Shown: positions 26,039 through 39,890, counted from the first letter of the stretch. The stretch is DNA of 64,000 nt from Geosiphon pyriformis uo1 (GCA_016748015.1 JAAOMT010000480.1:806001-870000), one strand, 5' to 3'. Made by a program: numbers and translations. The notes: generated by a model not told the origin, from the sequence alone.

Positions 26039-27546
26039 TTTTTTTTATACATTTATTGAGTGAAGTCCAAATACAACCTAAAACTATACATCAAATAATT
26101 GATCTAAATTAGGCATGAATCATGCACTTTTTACATGTGACTAGCCACTTAGGCCAATCAGAACAATACTATGCACCTATATGAACAGAAACCGCATTTA
26201 AAGCACCTGAAACAAACAAACTAAATTTGCACAAACCAAACTTAATGCCCAATGCATCATCAATACCCAACAATCTGACAACCCCAGCCAAATACAGGGA
26301 AGACAGACCAGAAATAGAAACTGGCACAGAACCGTCTCGAGGAATTAACCCATGCTTCTTCATAAAGGCACAATGTTTAACACGGACCAACCAAACCTCA
26401 TCTCTAAAAGCTAGGTAAAAATCACGGACAAAGTCCACAATTTTCGCACCAGCAAGTTTCAAGTCACCAAAAACAGAAACCGCCTCAAAAAACCAATCAT
26501 TAAAAACAAAGCTTTTACATAGAGCACCACAAACTGAGGTGTCAAGAATACACGAAGAAAGAGTTTGCAGCACGCAAAAAGAAGGGCCACGAAGGCCAGA
26601 AATGTTTTTCCATTTAACCACAAATTCACCAAGCAACCGATCATGATTAGCAAAGTCAGAATCACAAGAAAAAACATGGTCTGAGACCTCCACACTTCCA
26701 CAAAACAAGCAAACCACACTAGGGTAACTCCTATCATAAAGGCGTTTGCAAACGGCCACAGGCAGTCTATGATGCAAAGCTTTCATAAAATATGTGCACA
26801 AGCCAGCGGTCCAAATACTGGTGAAGCCAGCAGCCATGTGTGAATCGGGATGCCAGATAGAAGAGGACCTGCGCCAATCAATATCTGTGAGCAATTCACC
26901 AGTGACAACCCTATTACCTGAACTGAAACTTCAACGCAAACGATGAATAGACCGATAAATGTCATGCACAAAATGCCTAGAATTACCCAAAACTGGACTA
27001 CCACCAGCCAGGATAAACCGCTCATCCAGCTGGAAGGGGAAAAACAAAATCAAAAAGAGCCGCACGGCCAGCCAGATCATTAGCCCAGTCATTACCTACA
27101 ATACTAGAATGTTCTTTAATCTTACACCAGCTGACATCCAACCTCTTAGCATGAACAAGACCAGCAATATGACAGTGCTCTACTCAACAACTATTCCAAA
27201 AATCCGGATGCACAAAACCCAATTCCAACCTGCAAGCATTCAACGTGGTCTGACTATCTGAAAATAAGCTAACTTTGCTAACCGCAGGAACACACTCGAG
27301 AGCAAGTGCAATAGCTTGCAATTCCACCAAAGTAGATGACAACAAACCCGAAACCTTAATACTTAAACCCATATTAATATCATCAAAGAAAACTGCCACA
27401 CCTGATTTGACATTGAGAGTGCTCAAACCAGCCAAAGATCTATTGGTATAGACCAAAAGGCTATCAGCACCCAATCCCAACAAACAATTACAAACCAAAT
27501 CAAAATTAGTAAATTCTAAGACACTAGGAGCAGAAGAAATGTCCAC
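26039..27546 (-). mobile_element. LINE copy L-D, 5'-truncated, least mutated (RNase H + CCHC + 3' UTR)
   Basis: VYTNRSL..LSSTLVELQAIALALECV..FSDSQ; CLFCGSVEVSDHVFSC; TSD ttataattttt at 26028-26038 and 27547-27557; poly-A tail. Confidence 0.95.
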
Positions 27547-27889
27547 TTATAATTTTTGAAAATAAAAAAAATTTAGTTTTAAAAAAATTTATTATTTTAA
27601 AGCTTTTATTAATTTCTAAATTACAAAAAAAGCAAAAAAATATTTTTGATTTTTTACTTAGTATTATTTAACAAAATTTAATATATATATATTATTAAAA
27701 ATTATTATTATAAATTAACTAATTATTAATAAAAATATTTAATATAATATAATAATACAAATCTATAAACAATAATTAAAAAAATATAATATAATAATAT
27801 ACAAAAATACAAAAACATATCTAATATTATAAAATCATTTAAAAAATAATTTAAAAAACATTTGTTAATAAACAAATAATACAATAGTT

Positions 27890-28176
27890 TATACAATTTA
27901 TTATAATACTATTTTATAATTTAGCAATTTTTTTTTCTAATATTTTGGTAAACTAAAAATACATTTGTTAAATTACAAGTTATTTTTGTAAACTATTAAT
28001 TATTTTGGTAAACTGTTAAATATTTTATTAAATTTTTAAATATTTTGAGTTATTAATTAAATAATAATTTGAGTAATTTAATAAAATAATAAATAATAAT
28101 AATTTATGTTAATTAATATTAAGAATTATAAAGATAATTTTATGTTAATTAATAATTTAAATTTTTGCTAATAATA
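27890..28176 (+). mobile_element. Partial M element (right terminus)
   Basis: aagaattataaagataattttatgttaattaataatttaaatttttgctaataata matches 12895-12950. Confidence 0.7.
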
Positions 28177-28491
28177 ATAAAAAAACTAGAATTATAATAA
28201 AAACAGTTTAAATAACTTATTACAAAATATGCAAACATATTTACAGAAAATAGCAGCAAATACCAAATTGAAATATTAAAAAAAATATTATAATGTGTTT
28301 TTTTGTAAAATTACAAATATGTATATATATAATTAATATTAAAAAAAATAAAAAATAATAAAAACTGAATTATTATAATTTAAAGTATTAAAAAATTCAC
28401 TTGTATTATTTATTAAATGAAACTAATATTTATTAGTTGAATTTTTTGAAAGAATAATTTCTGATTAAAATTATTTATATTATTACTTATT

Positions 28492-31400
28492 TTTTTTTAT
28501 TAACTTTTAATGAATAAGGCCCAAAAGCCACTTAGTACAATATATCAAACTAAGTAATCTAAATTAGGCACTAATCATGTACTTTCTACATGTAACCAGC
28601 CACTCAGATCAATCAAAACAATACTACAAATCTATCAGAACAAAAACCATACTATTTATACTAGAAAAAAAGCAGCAATGTTTATAAAAACCAAAGCAAA
28701 CACCAACTGCCTCAGCAATTCCAAGCAATCTAATTATTTTAGCAGAAAACATACATAACATACCATGAGTCACAGAATACACAGAACCATTAAATAAAAT
28801 TAAACCATCTTTTTTCATCAAAGCCCTATATTTAGCTCTAACCAACCAAATATTCATGTGGTAAGCAGCACCCAATTCTTGAACAAATTCAATAATAAAC
28901 CTTCTCACAACCTTGGCATCACTCAGAATGAACAAAGCTTCCTGAACCCAATCTCTGAACACAAAGCCTTTGCTTACAGCAGTATACAACATATTATCAG
29001 ATGTGTACAAAGAAAGCACTTGTGAAACACAAGATAAATGTAAGTCCAATCCAGAAACACAATGCTACTTGGCCAAATGAGACCTAAAAATGCTCTTACA
29101 AGCAACAGAGTCAAACATACAAACAAAGAAGTGGTCGGAACTTTCCACTTTACCACAGTACAGACATGAGACACTCGGATAGACTTTACTATACAAATGT
29201 TTCCATACAGCAATCAGAAGACAGTGGTGGAAAGTCTTTAAAAAATAAGAGTGCAAACCAGCCATAGATTTACTAATAAAGCCAGTTGCCATATAGGAGT
29301 TAGAGTGCCATACCAAAGCAGTACAAAACCAGTCCACATCACCAAGTAAATTATCATCAATAACATTGAAACCAGAACTAACCTCTCAATAAGCATGATT
29401 AACAGATCTGAAAATCTCATGAGCAAAATAACAAACATTTCCAAACACCGCCAGCTTTAATAAATCTCTTTTTAACCAAAACAGGAAGTGCCAAAGAAGA
29501 GTTTGCAACCAGACTGGCTAACTCATCAGCATGCTCATTATCTATAATATCTGAATGTCTTTTTATTTTATGCCAAGAAACATTAAACCGCTTTCCTCTA
29601 ATTAAATTAATAATGCTATGCCACTTTATCCAGCAGCAGTTGTGGAAATCTGGAGACACCAGAGCAGATTCAGCCACACACACATCCAAGACAGTCTGAC
29701 TGTCTGAATAAACCACCACTGAACTGTCAGAGGGAACACACACCAAAGCCAAAGCAATTGCCTGTAGTTCCACCATAGTCAAAGATACCAATCTACCAAC
29801 CTTAGCACCAATACCCAGATCCAGATCTGAAAAATAAGCAGCAGCATCACACTTCATTTTACATCAACCTAAATTCCCTAATGATCCATCAGTATAAACA
29901 CTTACAACTCCCATATTTGCAGAAGAGAGATACTGGCCCAATCTGAAGACCGCACCCGAGCTGCAAACATCCATAGTCTGTGAACTTTCAACATGCAAAT
30001 CACCAGAAATAGAAGATCAATCCAAAAAGTTGCAAACCAAAGTAAACCACCAAGGGACAGAGCCCTTCAAATCAAGTCTTTTCCAATGATAAAAGGTTTT
30101 CTAATCGAAAATCAAACCCTTTTTGGTGTATAAATGCTCAGTAAAAGTGACTCCAAACTTTTTGAGAGAAAAAGAAACATTATAAAACAAAGAAGCTTCT
30201 AAGATTGTAGATATTGGTGTTCCACCAAGAAAGCAGAATGCAAAAACAGAGAGATTGTCAAGAGACAGGTTATAGTCCAAAAAAATCCTAATGACACCTG
30301 CCAAAAAATTATTGACTGGACTAATATGCAACTTAATCAGATGACATAGAGGGTAAAAAGATGACCAACCCAAAACCTAAAGATCCAGAGACCTATAATT
30401 GAACAAACGACCAAGAACACTACCAGCATTTGAGAAACACAACACAGAAGCCACCTTGCACTCAGTCTGCAACTGCTCAAAAGACTTCAAATCATACAAA
30501 AAAGGATGGTAAAGAGTCTTATTAGGAAAGTCTCTCAGAAGACCAGCCTTAAGTCTTAACTCTCTCCTAATTAACATATTCTACTTTGTATACACATTCC
30601 TAGAAACAAAGCTGAACTGAGTTCTATAATTGACAATGGATTGTAATACAGCTGACACTAGATAAAGAAACTGTTTGTCCAAAATAGCTTTCTTAAAAAC
30701 CAAATTGACAAAAAACCTGACGTCTGTATGCATTTTAGCCAAACTGGGTTTGGATAAACCCTCAGATAACAAATAAATGCCAAGATACTGATGAGACTTC
30801 TTCCTGTGAGCGATTGAAATTAGCAGACCACTAATTAACAATGATGTATTACCAACCTTCTGATTAATAGGAATGGCTACAGTTTTCTTATTATTAATAG
30901 AAATGTTATTTACTAAAAAATTCACTTGCTGTGTTCAAGATATACTGAGTGGCAGCCTAACTGCTACCCACCAAGATAGTATTATCTACTAATACACTAG
31001 CAGCCAGAAACAAAATCAAACTGTCTTGGCCTTTTATCCTACTTGTTTTAGCTACAAATTTAGTATCAATTTGGTATTTACACAAACTTGCCTGTCTCTT
31101 GATCTTACACAAAAGGAGGTCATAAAAGATTCTCTACAGCAAAAGAGAGAAAATCTTACTCTGATCAAGACCATCATGCACCCGATACCTATTAGTTAGA
31201 CTGAAATTAGTCATAACTCAATTAACATGATTATTGTGAATAGAACCAAAAAATTTAATAAAATGCCCACACATTTTGATCCAAACCAAACTATTATGCA
31301 AGTGATGTCAACCCACAAAGTCATAGGCTTTATGCATATTTTGTAGCACAAGCCAAAGTTCACAATCCTTCTTCAAAGCATCTTTAACAACTGAACCAAT

Positions 31401-32035
31401 GGCAAAAATAGGAGACTGAGTAGTAGTGCCCTTAAGTACAGAAAAATTGTTTCCATGAAGTACGTTAAATAGACTATACACTGACAAAATTCTGTTAAAC
31501 AACAACTTAGAAAAAATCTTACAAGCAGTCTCAATTAAAGTATTCAGTTTAGTATTTGTTAAGACACCCTCCCACTCATAGGGCTTAGAAATCATTGACA
31601 CCCAAGCTTCCTTCTAACAATAGGAAACTGACTCACATACCAAACAAATGTTTAAAAGATTCAGAAACAAGCCTAACACAGAACTATCACAATGCTTCCA
31701 AAGTTTATTTGAAATGCCAGACAAGCCAGCAGCTTTACCATCTGGTAAATCCTTAATCACACATGTCAAGTCATCCAAACTGATAGCATTCATTACACCA
31801 GAAAAAGCATTATTGTTGACATAATCCAATAACAGATATTGATGTTGCCACAAATCAGGAACACTTTTTAGCACAGCCCTCTTCCTCATCCAGCCCTCCA
31901 TTATACTATCTACCTTATTCTTAATATCTACTGGGTCTAAAATCAAACCACCATTAGAAACCAAATGATTCAACACCACTTTGCAGAATGAATGTTCCAA
32001 AACACTACGGATTGTGTGGCCTTTGTTGACCACAA
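28492..32035 (-). mobile_element. LINE copy L-E, 5'-truncated (RT-RNaseH-CCHC), inserted in the G3 5' LTR
   Basis: DLPDGKAAGLSGISN, QNMHKAYDFVG, VYTDGSL, CLYCGKVESSDHFFVC; TSD attacttatt at 28482-28491 and 32036-32045. Confidence 0.95.
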
Positions 32036-32827
32036 ATTACTTATTAATAAAAGTTTTATTATAAAAATTAAAAAAAATACTAAAAACTATTAATATTCTG
32101 TATTTTTAAATTAGAAAAACACATTAAACAATTACAAAAATAATTTTAGAAAAGATTTTAAACAGCAGGTAATTTCAATTCAGTCTTTAAAAAAATATAT
32201 ATAAATACATATAATAATTAAAAATTAAGAAATAACTTATATTACAACATTAAAAAAAAGTCTTTAATATAATAGTAATATTATTAAACAAATAGAATTG
32301 AGAAATTTACAAAAAGTTAATTGCAATTAAAACGAAATATTAGCAATTAAAATAACCAAGAAAACTACTTCATAATATTTAGTAAATTTTATAAAGAAAA
32401 GAAATTAAAAATAATAATAATTAACAATAATTTATTGCTAAAAAGAAGAAAAACCAAAGTAGTAACAAAAATTCTTAATCTTATTATTGTTAAATTTTGT
32501 TATGTCTTTTATTTACAATATTAAAGTAATTTTGAATTACCAAAAGAATATTATTTAGTTAAAAATGGTTTTACTTATTATATTAATACCAAAATAAATT
32601 ATTATATAGAAAAAAAAATCACATAATATAAAACATTAATTATATAAAAAATTATTTTAACTTATTATAAAAATTACAATAATAGTAGTTATAATTATTG
32701 TTTAAATTTTTTGTAAAATTGAATAATATGTTAACAAAAATTACCCAATATTCACAAAGAACACATTTATAATCCAAAAATTAATTAAAAAAAAATCAGC
32801 AAAAATTTAAAACACTTATCTAAATAC

Positions 32828-33679
32828 TGTTACTCATAAAATATAGGAAGTATATTAGCATATAAATTAGCCAATCAGAAGTAGTTGTAGTAGATGTGGA
32901 ATTCCAAAATTCTTCTCAAGAAGAATTGCAAAATTTTAGGAATTTTAGGATTCTTATATGAGGAATTGCAGGATTCCAGAATTTCAGAATTCATCCCAAA
33001 AAATTGCAGGATTCCAAAAATTCTAGGATTCTTAGTGTAAAGAATTAAGAAATTGAGAAATCTCAATTATGTATATATAGCAGTAGCATTAGAAGAAAAA
33101 AAGCCAAACCTCTCAGTTTAGATTTAATCTAAGCAATCTTTTACATCACAATTATCAATAAATAATTATTTAATATCTCAAATTTACTCTCTACTATTAA
33201 CACTTTATGTTGATAACAATCGGTACTTAACCATACTGGAACAATAGCTCTTAATTATGGCTATTGACAGAATACTAACATTTATTGCCTTGACTTATTT
33301 TCTTTTATTTTTTTTTATTTTTGTTATTTTTTTGTTTTACTAATTGATTGGAGATTAAGCACTGAATTATTAATATCAAGGATAGTCTGATAAAAGACTC
33401 CAAAGGAAGAGTATAGAAATTGAGAATTTAAGAATAGCTTACCAGAAGGGCATCTTTGCCAGATTACCAGTCACCATACTGAGAAAAAAATTCAATAGAA
33501 TTGTGACTCTAGAAGGCTACTAAGAAGACAACCATTGAATCTCTGTCTATTATACAAAGAACTCCACAACAAAATCTTCAGATCAACAAAACCTTCAAAA
33601 ACTAACATCATCATGTTAATTGAGCACCAAGTTATGAGTTTGTTATTTGATTTGAGACTCCAAATAATTACTTGTAACA
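32828..33679 (+). repeat. G1 5' LTR (852 bp)
   Basis: TGTTACT...TGTAACA; direct repeat of 41970-42813. Confidence 0.96.
32871..33086 (+). promoter_or_regulatory. LTR U3 promoter: CCAAT (32871), about 3 x 40-bp gaattgcaggattccag repeats, TATA-like TATATATA (33072)
   Basis: Motifs conserved in both LTRs; the TATA context atgtatatata(g)cagtag is also present in the otherwise dissimilar S LTR. Confidence 0.6.
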
Positions 33680-33681
33680 TT

Positions 33682-33698
33682 TGGTGCTCCCTGTAAAG
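33682..33698 (+). other. Primer binding site TGGTGCTCCCTG
   Basis: 2 nt after the LTR end; complementary to a tRNA ending ...GGAGCA-CCA (elongator Met or Ile-UAU type; identity unresolved). Confidence 0.85.
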
Positions 33699-33709
33699 TA
33701 TAATCTTAT

Positions 33710-35820
33710 AGAGAACCAGCACCAACAACAATCATCCAAAAGTGGCAGAATTAGAAATCATAAGAGCAAACCATTTAGGATTTGCCAAATTCTTGTTTCA
33801 ATAGTACAGTCAACAGTTAAGATTAAACAATAACCATTTCCCAGCAAAATCAGCCTTCAACTTTTATGTCAACAATAAAATCACAGACTGCTTAAGAGAA
33901 ACAGTTAATATTGAATTCACAAGAGAAAATTTCTATACAGAATTGTTTTAACATACTAGCTTACCAAGAAACTACAGTTTTGCACCAATTATTAGGGAAA
34001 TCAATCAAACTATTAAAAGGTACACCCAACAACAATTCCCATTCACCTATGCAGACAAAGACAAAGAAAGATTACAAACACCAGTGGTAACACCCAAAAA
34101 GATACAATCATTCACTAGGAAGAAAACCAAAGTTGAATCACCAACCAATCCATCATACCATTACACACCAAAAAGTACCATCAATATTTCCTCAGTAGAT
34201 ACATTCACATCAAATGCAACATCAACCTTTAGACAATTCTCATTTCAAAGTAAACAAAGAAGAGCAGAGTTATTAGGACCATATGGTAAATATTTTGAAG
34301 GATTAAAATTGCAATCACCAATGCCATCAGGATTTCAATCACTGATACCTCAACCAGATTTTAGAACTGCAAGTTTGTGAAAAGTAATGGAATCAAAAGA
34401 AGAAGAAAGTGAGGATCAGGAATTTATTTATCAAAACCCAATCCTAGAAAACCTGAAAGTTGAAATCCTGAATGTTTAACTCCAAAAAATCTGATTTTTA
34501 AAAGTCTGAAAGTTGAAACTCCAAATATTCAACTACTGTAAAATCAGAACAATTCAAACCCTAATTTAATTGCTTAACCAAACTTATCTTTAGTAATCGT
34601 GATTGATTAGCCAATACAACAACCACAACAACCACTTCAGCAACCTATTCAACAACAATTTCAACCACTACCACCACAACAACAACAGCAAATGGCATAC
34701 ACACCAATTGCAAAACTTGAAAAATTCACTGGTGAAGAGGATGACACCCAAGTGTGGCTAAATAACATAGAAAAAGCCATCACAGCCAATGGTTGGGATG
34801 ATGCCAAAGCCATATAAGCTATCCTCTATTTTTTACAAGATACTACTAATTTATGGTATTAAAGCTTAGCCAACAAATCTCAGAATTTCAATGCATTCAA
34901 GCTTGCATTTTTACAATACTTCAGCAATAATAATAGTATTAATCATCTAGCAAATATCTTCACTATCATCAAACAAGGAAAAAATGAAGCAGTTACTACT
35001 TACCTAAGACACTTTTATAAGAATCTGCACCAAATTTAGGCAATTCAAGCCAATTATTTCACAGTGCCACAAATCCTAAACCAATTTATTAGAGGCCTGT
35101 GCAGTAGCATCCTCCAATATGTATGTCCAATGCATCTAGCAGACCTTCAAACTGCAGTTATGAATGCCAAAGATTTTAAAACAGCTAAACTTGAAACCAA
35201 CTATGCCCAAGCTGTAAATTTAGTAATGAATGGATCATCTGACTTGGATTCCAAATTGAAGCAATTCAGTGAATCAATCAATCAGAAATTAGAGAGGTAC
35301 TTAGTTAACAACAATCAGGCAATTTATCAATCTTTTTAATGATACAATAACCAAAGAAACTTTAATCACATCCAAAATCAACTGCATTCTGCTTTGTTGA
35401 CCAATTACTAATGGTAACAGGAAATGTGTGTATGTCACTATTGTGATAAACAAAAACATTTGCAATAGGAATGTTGAAAAAAGATAAGTGATTTAAGATT
35501 AGTTAATCAGTATAGAAGCTCTGATTGCCGACTTCAAACTCAGAATTACATCAGTAATTAATCACCAAAACAATACCAATATCAATTATATTACTCTCCA
35601 GTGACACAACTAATGTATTAAACCCCAATAATGCAGCAATTATACTCATTTTCAGTATATCAGTTTCTAGCATCAATCTATCAACTGACAGCACCTATAA
35701 TCTATTAACCACCACAGCCACAAGTAATCTATCAGACACCAGCAATCTTAACCCCAAACTCAGCTCAGATGACATCAGGAAACTCTAGGTCCAAAGTTAT
35801 TCAAAACTGAAGATTAGCAA
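33710..35820 (+). pseudogene. gag: G1 gag (capsid-like MAYTPIAKLEKFTGEEDDTQVWL..., CCHC knuckle about 35433-35474, YQP-rich tail)
   Basis: CHYCDKQKHLQ*EC zinc knuckle; ILNQFIRGL gag motif; same frame runs on into protease. Confidence 0.85.
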
Positions 35821-36109
35821 TGGTTGTTCACCAACCAATTCCCAGCTTCTTAAACCAGCTATTGGGATCATGCCAGCGGAGTTTAGGAACTGGGTATACC
35901 CAACACCTGAGTTTTCAGAACTATTTAAGTCTTTTAGTAATTTCAGAAGATGTCTTATCTAACAACACAGAACTCAACCAAAAACAACCACTCACCAGCA
36001 ACATACCTTCAGCCATCATCACCAATGACAAATCACTTACAGCTATCTTTCTGTTCAAACTTGAGGAATCGACATCTACACCTTTGTTTAGTAAAGCCAC
36101 ACTTGAGGA

Positions 36110-36500
36110 AAAACCAATTACTGTCATGTATACTGATGCCAAAGTTGATGGCTATTTTATCAAATCCATTCTTGATAGTGGATCAGCAAACAGCATTATT
36201 ACAAGACAATTTATGGACCAATTAAATTGCTGAGTTGATTGTGCTGCCAGTGCCAGAATAATAATGGCTAATGGAGAAACCAAAACCCCTATTGGTAAGA
36301 TTGATAATTTCTCATTTGAAGTCAATGGTATTATAACATCAATCAAGGTTTTGGTAATGGAAGCTACATAGTACCAAGCACTAGTTGGTAATGACTGGTT
36401 AGTCAAAACCAATACTGTGCTCAACTGGAACACACAAAAACTACAGCTCAGTTAGAATGAATAATATATGAGAGTACTGACTACATGCAGCCACTTCAAA
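36110..36500 (+). pseudogene. G1 aspartic protease
   Basis: ILDSGSANSII catalytic motif; ALVGNDWL closing motif. Confidence 0.92.
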
Positions 36501-36739
36501 CCAAATAGTACCACATTAACACTACTAATCAAATTTAAGAAAGAAGAAAAGAAACCCACCTGAGAAGCTTATCAAGTTTTCTGGGTCAACACTAAATACA
36601 ATAAGCTACCACCAGTATTTTCTTGGAATAACAAAGAGAAAGAAAAGAAAGAAGACACACCAGAAAAAGATACTACTATAGAGGAAATAACTAGTGGCTG
36701 AGAAAGAGAGTACTTACATAAGCTGATAAAGAAGCCACC

Positions 36740-37380
36740 ATATATACCCCTTAAATGCAAGGACTGTAAAAAAAACTTTCTTTCATGGGAGCTTGGATAG
36801 CCCTTGATGAAGACTATTGGATCAGGACCTATTACTACTGCAAGCCATGCCATAGAGAATGCTATAGTTACTCAAAGAAACAGGGAAAATGGGACAATGA
36901 ATAATGTCTTGCTTGCAGCAAACAGTTACTTGATGAAGGAATGTGGAACAACATTTCTGGTTAAGAAAGAATGTGCAATGCTTTATGTTAGTACATGATC
37001 CTCATAAACAACTGAGTCAATTATGACACTTCCATTACTACAGCTTGGCACTGAACAATAACTTGCTTTAATGACTACCCACACAATAAAGATAAGATCT
37101 GGGGAATAGTGAATGCCAAAGTCAAAGGAGTCATGCCCAGTAAAATCCTAGAAATTAAGAATAATCTTCCAAAACCAGTTGACATTATCTTCATCCCAAA
37201 TCCAGATGCTTTTCTCAACATAGAGACAGGCTCAGAGGAGTTTTACAAGCACTACCAAAATTTGGCACCAACAAAAAAAGAGCAGGAACAGTGTTTGAAA
37301 AAAATAAACACCCAATTATGTGACTACTGTTTGATTTTATGTGACTTCTAGTATTGTAATAAATGTGATCTCATTCACAA
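36740..37380 (+). pseudogene. G1 Cys-rich accessory region of pol
   Basis: CKDC, CKPC, CLAC, CNALC, CDYC, CNKC after correcting one poly-A frameshift. Confidence 0.7.
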
Positions 37381-37609
37381 TCTACTATCACACATGATCT
37401 TTATGATTCCAGAGGAAGATGAACCAATTAGCAACTGCATATTAGAATCAGAACCAATTTTCAATCCTGATTCAAACTCTGACAACAATAATAATGAAAA
37501 CAACAGTTCTAGCTCCATTCAATATGACAACAAAAATAACAACAATTCAGACTCAAATTTAAACTCTGAGCAATACATTGCACTTCCTGATCTCACCAAA
37601 AAGCAGGAA

Positions 37610-38036
37610 CTGAAATAGTTTAGTAATAATGATAAAGGTATCAGACCAGAACATGTATATGATACTGATGCCAGGTTTGATTTGAGATATCTCAGAAAAG
37701 ACGCCATCAAATTGGAACCACATTCATGTACTTGCATTAATCTAAAAATAACACTGAAAGTTCTGGCAACAATAATGGTTTAATTAGCCTTTAGGAATAG
37801 TCTAGCAAAAAAGGGAATCAATATCAAAGGAGAAATAATTAATACAGGATATGTGGAAAATATTATTGCAATACTACAAAATAACTCTGAAAAGACCTAT
37901 ATTATAGAGCCAAACAAAAAAATAGCACAAGCAATATTCCTGCCTTTGGTTAAAATAGCTAAATTAGTATTAGTAAAAAACAGGGAAGAATTAAGGATTA
38001 CAGCTAGAGGAATACAGAGTTTCGGATCTATGAGTA
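37610..38036 (+). pseudogene. dut: G1 dUTPase domain (trimeric type)
   Basis: All five motifs in order: DARFDL, FRNSLAKKG, GEIINTGYVE, KIAQAI, RGIQSFGSMS. Confidence 0.93.
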
Positions 38037-38458
38037 GAATAGATGTACCAGTTAATATGGCAGAGGAAAAAATTATTAACAAGAGAGAAATTATTTCCAT
38101 CCATCAATCAATTTCTATTCTACCATATGACCAATACATAGTAATCATAGAGAGAAAAGTAAAGGATCAGGTTCAAATTTTTAAGACAAAAGCAGCACTT
38201 TGTGAATCAGGAAAGATTGAATTAGTCAATCTACACATACCAGCCAAGAACCACAAACACATTAAAATTCCTATTTACAACAACATAGGAGATACCATTA
38301 AGATATTGGAAAGAATTACTATTGGATATTTGACCACTGAAGTTGAAAACCAACTGCTAAATACCATTCCAGACTTTCCACAACTGTGTAGATATGTAGA
38401 TATCATATCTCAGACAATATATGAATGAGAAAAATGTTATCTGCACTAACCAAAACAA

Positions 38459-39860
38459 TTGAAACAGATAAATTTGGGAAATCTAGATCCACTACAATGT
38501 ATGCAGCTTAAGATGTTACTCAGCAACTTCAATGATATCTTTGCCAACAAAAATGAATTTGGAAAAACTGACATAATCCAGCATCAGATTAAGACTAGAA
38601 ATACAATACCAATCAAACAAAAAGCATACAGAGTACTACCAGCCAGCCATGAGATTATTCATCAAAAAATTAATCAGATGCTTAACAACAGACTAATTCA
38701 GCCATCAATGAGCTCATGGTCATTACCAGTAGTATTAGTCCATAAGAAGAATGGAAAAATCTGCTTTTGTGTAGATTACTGGAAACTGAATGAAGTAACA
38801 AAAAGAGATAGCTATTCAACTCCAAAGATCCAAAAACTTTTCAATGCTTTTGGAGAAAAGAAATGGTTTTCAACTTTAAACATAGACAGTGATTACTAGC
38901 AAGTAGCCATGAAATCAGAAGACAAAAAGAAAACAGTGTTCACAATATGAGAAGAAAATTTTGAATTCGAAGTCATGCCATTTGGCTTGATGAATGCTAC
39001 AGCCACTTTTCAGTGGCTCATGGAAATTGTTTATACTGGGCTACTATGGAAATCAGTAGTCATATACTTGGATAACATCAATGTGTTCTTAAAAACATTT
39101 GATGATTATCTGCATTATTTCTAACAAGTATTTGAAAGACTTAGATAAGTAGAATTGAAATTAAACACAAACAAATGCTTCTTTGGCAAAACAGAATTCA
39201 AGTTTTTGGGATATGTTATGAAAACAGTATTAAAACAGATCCAGATAAGATTAAGATTGTTAAGAACTTTCTAGTACCAAATAATCTCACAGAATTAAAA
39301 CATTCTTAAGATTTGCTGAATACTGCCACTTTATTAAAAACTTTTTCAAAATAGCTCAATCATTACACCAACTTTAAACAAAAAACACCAAATATGAATG
39401 GACAGAAATTTAGCAAGAAGCTTTTGATACATTAAAAAAAAAGCTTATTCAAGCTTTAATACTGATCTATTCAGATTATAGCAAACCATTCATAATCACA
39501 ACTGATATATCTGGTCAAGTATTAGGAGTTGTATTATCTTAAAAAAGACTGGACGGATGAGAACATTCAGTAGTGTATACCAGTAGAAGCTTAAGTCCAG
39601 CTAAAAAGAATTATAGAACTCCAGCACTAAAACACTTAGCTATCTATTGGGCTGTCACTAAATAGAAAGAATACTTGAGTCAAAAGTTTGATGTGTACAC
39701 TAATCATAAAAGTTTGACTTCAATTCAAAAACAAAAATTTGGAGATGATTGCCATACCAGATAGAAAATAGAACTTTCACTATTTAATTATACCATACAT
39801 TATAAAAAAAGAAAAAAAAATGGAAATGCCAACAGATTGTCACAAATAAAACAAATCTAA
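38459..39860 (+). pseudogene. pol: G1 reverse transcriptase and RNase H
   Basis: WSLPVVLVHKKNGKICFCVDYWKLN, MPFGLMNA, VIYLDNI (mutated YLDD), ITTDISG..LG, VYTNHKSL, GNANRLS. Confidence 0.95.
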
Positions 39861-39890
39861 AAACATCTCAACCCAAAAATATAACAAAAG

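Noticed and set aside
33220-33355. Possible intron in the LTR (gtactt...ctaat...ag)
   Set aside because: Donor and acceptor are not conserved between LTR copies; cannot be supported without RNA data
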